From the NCBI GenBank assembly GCA_029242295.1, contig JAQWUF010000194.1, positions 1 to 46,259 of the forward strand: a stretch of 46,259 nt of DNA. Direction: 5' to 3'. Positions 30,090 through 38,106 of this stretch are shown here, piece by piece (the first letter of the stretch is position 1; each line of letters starts with the position of its first letter). A program made the position numbers and the translations under genes. The DNA is from Crocinitomicaceae bacterium. GTDB lineage: Bacteria > Bacteroidota > Bacteroidia > Flavobacteriales_D > Crocinitomicaceae. A model generated the notes under the pieces. That model saw only the letters and a list, made by a program, of their open reading frames with translations, did no database searches and was not told where the DNA came from.

Positions 30090-30130
30090 AAAAGCCCCGA
30101 CAAGATTAAGTTTTTGTCGGGGCTTTTTTA
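30090..30130. terminator. bidirectional rho-independent terminator between convergent genes
   Basis: AAAAGCCCCGACAA, a 10-nt loop, then TTGTCGGGGCTTTTTT. The GC-rich 10-bp stem is flanked by an A-tract and a T-tract. Confidence 0.85.
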
Positions 30131-30226
30131 GTGCAAATATTTTTCATGTAAGCGTTGAACTTATCATTAAGCCTCAAAAAGTTGTTCGCCGATTAGCTTC
30201 GTTGCTGTTTTCTGTGGTTTCTATTT

Positions 30227-31336
30227 TTAGAATTTACTAATTACCAATCTCTCAGAATAACCAAACTCATTCTTCAACAAATAAACTCCTGAAGGTAAAT
30301 CAAAGCTAAAATCATTAACTCCTTCTTTTAATATTAAAGTCTCCAATAATGTCCCGTTCAAATTGAACAACATAAACGTTTCATCAGAATCTGCAGTAAT
30401 TTTCCATTTACCAGAACTTGGATTTGGAGAAATTGAGAAACTATAGTCTTTGACCAAGGGCTGTGTGCTCAAAGTCGGATTTGGATGTTGCCACTTATAG
30501 AAGAATCGCCAAATCTCTTTTGCTTCAGTAATATCATTCACCGGTTCATACAGATAAATATGATCCGCACCATTCAATCTCCATAATTCAACTGAACCAG
30601 AAGGACTGCACGTATTGTAAACAAAGCGATCAACTGTTATTCCATCCGATGCAGTATTTGGCATTTGCGTACTATCAGCTGTTGCAGCACATCCGTGAAC
30701 ATTTCTCCAAAAATTCATTGTTTCCGGAACCAAACTTAAACTAGGTAATGAATTGGAATTATAAGGTACAGTTCCATCAGCGGTTCCATGTAAATGAATC
30801 ACAGGTGTAGCATATGACGGAACGCAATTTGCAATATCATCTGTTGGCATAGTTCCAGCCATTGGTCCAATCGCTGCAAATCTGTCGTTCAGGGCACAAG
30901 CTAAATGATGCGACATAATACCGCCCATCGAAAAACCGGTAACATAAATTCTAGATGCATTGGCGTTTTGATTGTTCAACATTTCGTTAATCATCAAATT
31001 GAAAAAAGTGATGTCGTCTGCCGCGCTGCTCGCTAAAGTTCCATTATTCCATGCCGTTTGGCCAAAAATATTTGGAAGGGCATCGGGATAAATTGCAATT
31101 ACTCTCGCCGTATCTGCAATCAAATTAAATCCTGCCAACGTCATCTGTTGTGCATTTCCACCGAGCCCATGTAAAATAAAAACTACAGGTAAATTCTCAG
31201 ACGTTTGATAGTTTGCAGGAAGATATTTGTAATAATTTCTTGAGACAGTGCCGACCATCATAGAATGTTGCGTCAATTGGGCAGACAAACTAAAGGTTAA
31301 GATCGCAGCAAGTAAAGCTGTAATGAATTGTTTCAT
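30227..31336 (-). CDS. secreted esterase/PHB-depolymerase-family serine hydrolase with T9SS C-terminal sorting domain
   Basis: Signal peptide, nucleophile elbow GFSMGG, and ..VFILHGLGGNAQQM.. The C-terminal 80 aa or so (..SISPNPSSGKWKIT...GVYLLKNEFGYSERLVISKF) fit the Por/T9SS CTD pattern. Confidence 0.75.
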   Translation of the reverse strand: MKQFITALLAAILTFSLSAQLTQHSMMVGTVSRNYYKYLPANYQTSENLPVVFILHGLGGNAQQMTLAGFNLIADTARVIAIYPDALPNIFGQTAWNNGTLASSAADDITFFNLMINEMLNNQNANASRIYVTGFSMGGIMSHHLACALNDRFAAIGPMAGTMPTDDIANCVPSYATPVIHLHGTADGTVPYNSNSLPSLSLVPETMNFWRNVHGCAATADSTQMPNTASDGITVDRFVYNTCSPSGSVELWRLNGADHIYLYEPVNDITEAKEIWRFFYKWQHPNPTLSTQPLVKDYSFSISPNPSSGKWKITADSDETFMLFNLNGTLLETLILKEGVNDFSFDLPSGVYLLKNEFGYSERLVISKF

Positions 31337-31424
31337 AGAGTTGTTTTGCTCAAAAATAGAACATTTTCATCTATATTTCATAAACCGTTCATAATAAATT
31401 GAAGTGAACCACAAAACAAACCGT

Positions 31425-31432
31425 TAGCTTTG
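31425..31432 (+). promoter_or_regulatory. candidate -7 box (TAGCTTTG) with upstream TTG
   Basis: TAGCTTTG lies 18 nt upstream of the ATG at 31450. A TTG at 31399..31401 gives a 23-nt spacer. Confidence 0.4.
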
Positions 31433-31449
31433 TTATTTTAGTGCTGGAA

Positions 31450-32259
31450 ATGAAGAAAATATTATTTGTCCTGTTTTTTGTCCCAATTATATCCAATGCC
31501 CAAGGATGGATGCCCACTGGAGCTCGTTCAGGCGGTGTTTTAAACACCAGTTTGACCATAGTAGATAATTGGGCGTATTTCAACAATCCTGGGGCAATTG
31601 GCATGGTAGAAGACCTTTCGGTAGGTGTGTGTTATGAAAATCGTTTTTTAGTACAAGGTTTACAATCTCAATCCATTGCTGTCGCTGTTCCAACAAAATA
31701 TGGTGTTTTTTCAGTAGGTGGATTCAATTACGGAAGCACTGAATTCCGAAATTTCAAAACGGGAGTAGGTTACGCCATGAAGTTAGCCGATAATTTTTCG
31801 GCTGGAATTCAAATCAACTACCAAGGACTTCGTTTGCCAGAATATTATGGATCGTCAAATACAGTTACGGGTGAAGCAGGTGTTCTCTTGAAAATTACAG
31901 ATGAATGGAATTTTGGAGCGAGTGTTTTTAACTTAGGACGTGCCAAATTATCCGATTTCCAAGACGATCGTTACAATACCGTTTTACGAGTTGGAACAAG
32001 TTTTACACCATCTAAATTGATAAAAATTTCAGCTGAAATCTGGAAGGATTTGGATGGACCCGTTTCTGTTCGGGGTGGCATAGAGTACCAGCCTTTCGAT
32101 GACTTTTATATGCGAGCAGGCATCGGGTCTCAACCAACGGCCTTCGCTTTCGGATTTGGCTACAAATGGAAAGTAGTTCGATTTGATATCGCAACGGCTT
32201 ACCACCAAATATTGGGCTGGTCACCTCAGATTTCGTTTACCTATGAAAAAAAGAAGTAA
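31450..32259 (+). CDS. outer-membrane beta-barrel protein, PorV/PorQ-like
   Basis: Signal peptide MKKILFVLFFVPIISNAQ. ..GARSGGVLNTSLTIVDNWAYFNNPGAIG.. resembles the N-terminal motif of PorV/PorQ/FadL-like barrels. The protein has alternating beta-strand patterns and ends ..QISFTYEKKK. Confidence 0.5.
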   Translation: MKKILFVLFFVPIISNAQGWMPTGARSGGVLNTSLTIVDNWAYFNNPGAIGMVEDLSVGVCYENRFLVQGLQSQSIAVAVPTKYGVFSVGGFNYGSTEFRNFKTGVGYAMKLADNFSAGIQINYQGLRLPEYYGSSNTVTGEAGVLLKITDEWNFGASVFNLGRAKLSDFQDDRYNTVLRVGTSFTPSKLIKISAEIWKDLDGPVSVRGGIEYQPFDDFYMRAGIGSQPTAFAFGFGYKWKVVRFDIATAYHQILGWSPQISFTYEKKK

Positions 32260-34335
32260 ATGAAATTGAGAAGGCTCTTCTTGGTTTTATCATTCTTTGC
32301 TTGTGCGTTGACGTCCCTTGCGCAAGAAAAAAATGACGTTATTCAACAACGAATAGAGTTTATTTCAGAACAATTGGAAGATGAGAGTCCCGATTTGACA
32401 AATCTTTTCGATCAACTGTTCTATTTCTATGACCATCCAATTAACCTGAACAATACCAATATTGATGAACTGAACGATCTTGGGCTTTTAACTGATCTTC
32501 AAATAAATGATTTATTTCTACATCAAAAACTTTTCGGGAAGTTAATTTCTATTTATGAACTGCAAAGTCTCCCGTATTGGGGCATGGAAACCATTCGTAT
32601 GGTTCTGCCTTTTGTTCGTGTAGATGATAAATTGGACAACCTAAACGTAACATTGAAAGAAGCTCTAAAAAATGGAAAAGTAGAAGCGTTTTTCCGTTAT
32701 CAAACTGTTCTGGAAGAAAAGAGTGCCTATCAAGATGTGCCGGATAGTGCACTGTTGAATAGTAATAGCTATTACTATGGAAATCCGGATCGTTATTATT
32801 CACGTTTCCGATATACTTATCGTACCAACCTGAGTATGGGAATTACCATGGAAAAGGATCCAGGAGAACAATTCGCAGGAGAGGCTCAGCCTTACGGTTT
32901 CGATTTTTATTCCATGCATGCCTTTTATAAAGGGGGAAAATATTTGAAAGCAGTGGCTCTCGGAGATTATCAAATTCAAATAGGTCAAGGTTTAAACTTA
33001 TGGTCTGGGTATGCCTTTGGAAAAACGGCGGACGTGACAAATATTAAAAGAAATGCAAACTCGTTAAAACCATATACATCGGTGGATGAAACACGTTTTC
33101 TGAGAGGTGCCGCTACAGAATTGGGCTGGAAGGATTTTTCCCTTGTTCTATTTGGAAGTCGAAAAAAGGTAGATGCAACTTTAATTGCCGATTCATTGCT
33201 GGAAGAACAAGAGTTTGTCTCGAGTATAAACTTGTCGGGATTACACCGAACGAATAGCGAAATCGCTAGAAAAAATACTTTTGAAGAAACAATAGCTGGT
33301 GCCAATCTTAAATACCAAAATAGAAACCTTCGTTTGGGGGTATCCTCTGTTTACCAAGGCTATAATAAAACGTTTAGCAAAACAATCGCACCTTACAATC
33401 AATTTGATTTCCGTGGAAAAAATTTCATGAGTCATAGTTTTGATTATTCTTTCGTTGTAAAGAATTTTAGCTTTTTTGGAGAAACAAGTATTGCTTCGCA
33501 CAGCAATAAAATGGGGAATTTACATGGAGTTCTTTTGGCAGTCGACCCGAGAGTAAGTTTTAGTCTGTTGTACCGGAATTACGATAGGGCTTATCAGACT
33601 CTTTACAACAATGGTTTCTCTGAAGGCAGCAATACACAAAACGAAAGAGGAATTTATTTTGGAGCGAAAATCAAGATTTCAAAAAGCTGGACCTTGAACA
33701 CCTATGCCGATTATTTTACCTTTCCGTGGATGAGATATTTAGTAGATGCGCCTTCAACTGGACATGAAGTTTTGTTTCAACCGACCTACCGACCTGATAA
33801 AAAACTGGAGTTGTATTTCCGTTTCCGTCAGCAAGAAAAGGCAAGAAATAGCCGTTACCAAGATGGAACGGTTACGGCAATTCAAAATGTGCTTCAAAGA
33901 AATTATCGAATCAATTTTAGCTACAAAGTGACGGAGGGCATTACCTTAAAATCAAGAGCTGAAATTATGACCTTGAACAGACCAAGTAGTCCAAATGAAA
34001 CTGGATTTTTAATCTATCAAGATTTACTCATTCGTCCAAAAACGTGGCCGATAGATTTGTCCATGCGCTACGCTTTCTTCGATACAGATAGTTACGATAC
34101 CCGTTTATACGCTTTCGAATCGAATGCTTTGTACGTGTTCTCTGTTCCAGCTTATTTTTACAAGGGAACCAGAGCATATTTAATGGTGCGTTGGACTTTC
34201 CTTCGCAAATTTGACCTCTGGGCGAGATATGCCGTCAATTTATACACCGATAGAGATTCATTGGGTTCTGGTGCAGAAATGATCAATACAAATCGTAAAT
34301 CGGAAGTGACTTTGCAGTTGAGGGTGAAGTTATAA
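32260..34335 (+). CDS. large putative outer-membrane protein with N-terminal helix-hairpin-helix (ComEA-like) motifs
   Basis: Signal peptide MKLRRLFLVLSFFACALTSLAQ. ..INLNNTNIDELNDLGLLTDLQINDLFLHQKLFGKLISIYELQSLPYWG.. is a ComEA-type HhH pair. The remaining 560 aa or so are Y/G/N-rich with amphipathic strand periodicity. It starts 1 nt after the upstream stop. Confidence 0.55.
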   Translation: MKLRRLFLVLSFFACALTSLAQEKNDVIQQRIEFISEQLEDESPDLTNLFDQLFYFYDHPINLNNTNIDELNDLGLLTDLQINDLFLHQKLFGKLISIYELQSLPYWGMETIRMVLPFVRVDDKLDNLNVTLKEALKNGKVEAFFRYQTVLEEKSAYQDVPDSALLNSNSYYYGNPDRYYSRFRYTYRTNLSMGITMEKDPGEQFAGEAQPYGFDFYSMHAFYKGGKYLKAVALGDYQIQIGQGLNLWSGYAFGKTADVTNIKRNANSLKPYTSVDETRFLRGAATELGWKDFSLVLFGSRKKVDATLIADSLLEEQEFVSSINLSGLHRTNSEIARKNTFEETIAGANLKYQNRNLRLGVSSVYQGYNKTFSKTIAPYNQFDFRGKNFMSHSFDYSFVVKNFSFFGETSIASHSNKMGNLHGVLLAVDPRVSFSLLYRNYDRAYQTLYNNGFSEGSNTQNERGIYFGAKIKISKSWTLNTYADYFTFPWMRYLVDAPSTGHEVLFQPTYRPDKKLELYFRFRQQEKARNSRYQDGTVTAIQNVLQRNYRINFSYKVTEGITLKSRAEIMTLNRPSSPNETGFLIYQDLLIRPKTWPIDLSMRYAFFDTDSYDTRLYAFESNALYVFSVPAYFYKGTRAYLMVRWTFLRKFDLWARYAVNLYTDRDSLGSGAEMINTNRKSEVTLQLRVKL

Positions 34336-34356
34336 TTGACGGTTGATTATTGAAAC
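34336..34356 (+). repeat. heptad array TTGACGG-TTGATTA-TTGAAAC
   Basis: Three 7-nt TTGA-initiated units that start directly after the TAA at 34333..34335. Confidence 0.6.
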
Positions 34357-34403
34357 GCTTTGCTTTTACCTTTGACTAACTTTCGCTTTAAATTACATTT
34401 CCG

Positions 34404-34427
34404 CCAATCCACCAATCCGCCAATCCG
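34404..34427 (+). repeat. tandem octamer CCAATCCA-CCAATCCG-CCAATCCG
   Basis: Three exact-period 8-nt units, 12 nt from the dnaX stop (34439), in the spacer between convergent genes. Confidence 0.7.
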
Positions 34428-34438
34428 AAATCGATAGA

Positions 34439-36159
34439 CTAATAATCGAAATCCAAATTAAAGGAACTCTTAAACGTGTGCAGATTCGGATACTTTCTCG
34501 CTAAAGTGTTGAATTGATGTTTTGGAGATTGAAACTGTTGTTCCGAGTCTTCATTTTCGGTTACGAAGCAATCCAATTGTATATCGAAGTTTTTTAAATG
34601 CTCTCTGAAAAAATTGGTCATTTTTTGTCTTGAAGCATCGATCATATTCATTTGAACGGCGTTATCCACTTCAATTCTAATTAAGTTACCTTCCGTAATG
34701 ATAGGTTCGCGTTTCACCATAGCATTGTACAAGGTCTCTTGCGCTTGCTCTTTTGCCTGAAAGGCGTATTGTCGCCAATACATGCGGAGTTGATCGCTCG
34801 AAAAGGATTCACGAGGCAAATCTTCATTTGGAATTACCTTGCTGTTTTCTTCCTCGTCTTTGAGAATTTGTTTGATGCTCGGATTGTGTGTTTTCAATTG
34901 CCCAGTTGGCGTAACCAGTGTTTTTAATTTTGTAACGGGCGGATCGTAAACAGGTCTTTCCGTAACATTGGGTTTGGCAACGGGCTTGGGTGCTGCATCT
35001 CTCAGGCTTTGACCTTTGAAAGCAATAATCTTGACGGGATCAGTTAAGGATTTTTTTTTTCGAGCTCACTTTTCAGCGAACACAATTGCATCAATCCTAC
35101 TTCGACGAGCAGCCTCGAGTTCTTGGCCGTCTTATATTCAATGTCGACTTTACTCAAAACAGCGATTGCACGCAACAAGTAATTCGGATCGATTTCTTTG
35201 GATTGTTCCAAATATTTCTGTTCCACATTCTCAGCTACTTCCAGTAATTTAGAAGTTCGAGGGTCTTTGCAGACCAACAAATCACGGTAATGATTCGCCA
35301 ATCCTGTCGCAAAATGATGCGGGTCAAATCCTTTTTCTACAACATCATTCAATAGGAGTAAAGCGGCTGGAATATCTTCTTTCAATGCCACATCTACAAT
35401 ACGGAAATAGTAGTCATAATCTAGAATATTCAAATTCTCCAGTACCTGTTTGTGGGTAATGTTGTTGCCAGCGAAAGTGACTATTTGATCGAAAATTGAA
35501 AGTGCATCTCGAAGTGCGCCATCTGCTTTTTGCGAAATTAGGTGCAATGCTTCTGGATCGGCGGTGATGTTTTCTTTTGCCGCGATATTGGCCAAATGAT
35601 TTGCCATGTCAGACACCTTGATCCGGTTGAAATCAAAAATTTGGCAACGAGATAAAATCGTCGGGATAATTTTGTGTTTTTCGGTTGTCGCTAAAATGAA
35701 AATGGCATGTTTTGGCGGCTCTTCCAAAGTCTTCAAAAAAGCGTTGAAGGCTTGTGCAGATAGCATGTGGACCTCATCAATGATATACACTTTGTGCGTA
35801 CCCAATTGAGGTGGTACCCGGACTTGATTGATCAATTCACGAATGTCATCCACCGAGTTATTCGAAGCGGCATCCAATTCATAAATGTTCAAAGAAGCAT
35901 TATCGTTGAAAGAAACACAAGAATCACATTTGTCGCATGCTTCCACATTCTCACCACGATCCGTACAGTTGATGGTCTTCGCTAAAATTCGAGCGGTGGT
36001 TGTTTTACCAACACCACGAGTTCCACAAAACAAAAACGCCTGAGCCAAATGATCCGTAGCGATTGCGCTACGCAAAGTAGTCGTAATGGACTTTTGTCCA
36101 ACAACCGTATCAAAGGTTTGGGGTCTATATTTTCTCGCGGAAACAACGTAATCACTCAT
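34439..36159 (-). CDS. dnaX: DNA polymerase III subunit gamma/tau; two-frame gene joined at an A10 run
   Basis: Frame 0 (36159..35044) reads MSDYVVSARKYRPQTFDTVVGQ.., P-loop GTRGVGKTT, Zn module C-x-C.., SRC motif ILSRCQ, and ends ..SELEKKNP*. The -1 frame is open from the run (35060..35051) to 34439 and encodes a P/K-rich linker plus a conserved C-terminal module (..NLIRIEVDNAVQMNMID..LARKYPNLHTFKSSFNLDFDY*). Confidence 0.85.
35051..35060 (-). other. A10 slippery/homopolymer tract at the dnaX gamma/tau junction
   Basis: There are ten T on the plus strand. On the coding strand this reads GAA AAA AAA AAT CCT TAA, with the stop 5 nt after the run. Confidence 0.9.
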
Positions 36160-36165
36160 GCTGCA

Positions 36166-36173
36166 CAAATATA
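36166..36173 (-). promoter_or_regulatory. candidate -7 box (TATATTTG) for dnaX
   Basis: Minus strand reads TATATTTG and ends 6 nt before the ATG at 36159, which implies a very short leader. The box overlaps the TTG used by the ORF track. Confidence 0.35.
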
Positions 36174-36280
36174 ACCAAAAGCTTTTTCGTGAATGCAGAG
36201 TAGTGGAGAAAGTAGGTCGATTTGTTGATAAAATTTAGGTTTCTCAACAATTCTTGTATTTATCGTGCAAACCAACTCCG

Positions 36281-36622
36281 TCAGCAATCATTGGTGTAAT
36301 TTTCTCTAATCGAGATTCTTTCGTATTCAAACCCTCGTTTCGCTTCAGAAATATAATCGGCGCACTCCCTTTGTTTTCCTGGCGATAATCTTTCAAAAGC
36401 ATTTTTTAATTTACCGTCGGACGATAGCCGAATTTTCATTTCAGCCATTGAATCAAACCGCCACTGACGCATTCCTTTTGTCTTTTCTTCATTAGCGTTC
36501 ATCAATTTTTTATTTCCATCCTTCAGGAATAAACATCTTTCGTGACCAACACACCATCCATTCGTGAAAATTAGTGCAATTCGTGGCCAAAATTCCCTAT
36601 TATTTTCCCTAACTTTATCCAA
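36281..36622 (-). pseudogene. N-terminally truncated YdeI/DUF1801-family remnant
   Basis: ..FLKDGNKKLMNANEEKTKGMRQWRFDSMAEM.. and ..LKNAFERLSPGKQRECADYISEAKR.. align with the middle and C-terminal parts of the 211-aa paralogue at 16860..17495. About 60 N-terminal residues are missing, there is an internal gap, and the only full-length start is a TTG overlapping the recF ATG. The first ATG is at 36502. Confidence 0.45.
36559..36587 (+). repeat. 29-nt phased ATT(C/A)GTG-word repeat, copy 3
   Basis: The repeat is CATTCGTGAAAATTAGTGCAATTCGTGGC, made of the words ATTCGTG, ATTAGTG and ATTCGTG at spacings of 10 and 9 nt. It ends 34 nt upstream of the recF ATG. Confidence 0.7.
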
Positions 36623-37749
36623 TGTATCTCAAGTCCATCCAACTCCTCAACTTCAAGAATTACGAAGAAGCGGAACTGCAACTTTCACCATCTGTGAATT
36701 GCTTTACAGGCGACAATGGATCAGGCAAAACCAATATCCTTGATGCAGTGCACTATCTCTCCGTTTGTAAATCTTACCTGAACGCTGTTGACCGGCAAAA
36801 CATACGTTTCGATCAACCTTTTTTCGTAATTCAAGGCATTTTTGACACTCCTGAACGAGAGGTCGATATTCAATGTTCCGTCAAACTCGGTTCCAAGAAA
36901 ATTTTCAAACGCAACAAAAAAGAATACGAAAAACTAGCAGAACATATCGGTCAATTTCCGTGTGTGATGATTTCACCTTACGATCGAAACCTAATCGGTG
37001 ATGGAAGTGAAGTTCGACGTAGATGGATGGACGGAATTATTGCACAATCCAACAGAGGATATCTGGAAGATTTACAGCGCTATAAAAAAGTACTGGACCA
37101 GCGAAATGCTTTGTTAAAAAACATGTACGAAAGTCGACTTTTCGATCGGGAATCTATCGAAGTCTGGAACGAACAATTGATTCGCTACGGGACTAAAATT
37201 CACGAAGCGAGAAAAGAGTTTTTGACAGAATTTATTCCCGTTTTTCAGAGATCCTACAATTTCATCGGGGAAGAAGACGAAAAAATTGATTTGGAATACC
37301 GTTCGCAATTGAATGATTTGACTTTTGCCGAATTGCTAGAAATCAATGAAAAGAAAGATGCTTTTACCCAATATACTCAGGGCGGAATTCACAAAGATGA
37401 TTTGCTTTTTACTATCAAAGAACATCCTGTTAAAAAATTTGGGTCGCAAGGTCAACAAAAAAGCTACCTAATTGCCCTACGTTTGGGGCAATTCGAATGG
37501 ATGAAGGAACATCTCAAAGCCATTCCAATTCTGCTGCTCGATGATATTTTCGATAAACTGGATGATAAAAGGGTAGAACGTCTACTTCAACTGGTTTCTG
37601 ATCACTCTTTCGGACAAGTTTTAGTTACAGATACTAACCGTGATCGACTGGAGAACATTTTCGGGCAAAGTGAAATTCCAATCCAATATTTCAGTGTCAG
37701 CAAAGGTGTTGTAACTCCAGAACAAACACTTAAAGCCGTTTCATCATGA
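36622..37749 (+). CDS. recF: DNA replication/repair protein RecF
   Basis: MYLKSIQLLNFKNYEEAEL.., Walker A GDNGSGKTNILDA, signature ..GSQGQQKS.. and Walker B LLLDDIFDKLD. Confidence 0.95.
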   Translation: MYLKSIQLLNFKNYEEAELQLSPSVNCFTGDNGSGKTNILDAVHYLSVCKSYLNAVDRQNIRFDQPFFVIQGIFDTPEREVDIQCSVKLGSKKIFKRNKKEYEKLAEHIGQFPCVMISPYDRNLIGDGSEVRRRWMDGIIAQSNRGYLEDLQRYKKVLDQRNALLKNMYESRLFDRESIEVWNEQLIRYGTKIHEARKEFLTEFIPVFQRSYNFIGEEDEKIDLEYRSQLNDLTFAELLEINEKKDAFTQYTQGGIHKDDLLFTIKEHPVKKFGSQGQQKSYLIALRLGQFEWMKEHLKAIPILLLDDIFDKLDDKRVERLLQLVSDHSFGQVLVTDTNRDRLENIFGQSEIPIQYFSVSKGVVTPEQTLKAVSS

Positions 37750-38039
37750 GTAAAGATAGAGATCCTAAACCCTTATCGGGACTAGTCGACCGATTCATGA
37801 AAGCCTACGGTCTAGAAGGCAAAATGGAGGAGATGAACATCATCAACAATTGGGAGGAGATCATGGGTAAAGCCATTGCCAACCGGACGAAAAGTGTTCG
37901 AATTCACGAAAAAGTGCTCTACATTGACCTCCATTCTTCTGTTATGCGAGAGGAATTACAAAGCGCTAAATCTTTGATTATTCAGAAAGTAAACGATTAC
38001 GCCGGCAAAGATTTGGTGATGAATGTTTGGCTGGGGTAA
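37746..38039 (+). CDS. DUF721 (DciA-like) protein
   Basis: 97 aa with an ATGA overlap with the recF stop. ..NWEEIMGKAIANRTKSVRIHEKVLYIDLHSSVMREEL.. is typical of DUF721. Confidence 0.8.
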   Translation: MSKDRDPKPLSGLVDRFMKAYGLEGKMEEMNIINNWEEIMGKAIANRTKSVRIHEKVLYIDLHSSVMREELQSAKSLIIQKVNDYAGKDLVMNVWLG

Positions 38040-38106
38040 AAATTGTTAAGATTTTCGTTTAGTAACAAAAGTCATATGTAAATCCTAAGCTTAAGTCTAA
38101 CTTTAG

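Noticed and set aside
31389-31604. The 71-aa minus-strand ORF that overlaps the start of the PorV/PorQ-like gene.
   Set aside because: It overlaps the predicted promoter and the signal-peptide region of a better-supported gene, and it has no motifs.
36185-36218. The stretch TTTCGTG...AGTAGTG...AGTAGGT upstream of dnaX as a further copy of the ATT(C/A)GTG repeat.
   Set aside because: The word spacing is irregular (about 13 and 12 nt) and identity to the 29-mer is low. I kept it only as a weak resemblance.
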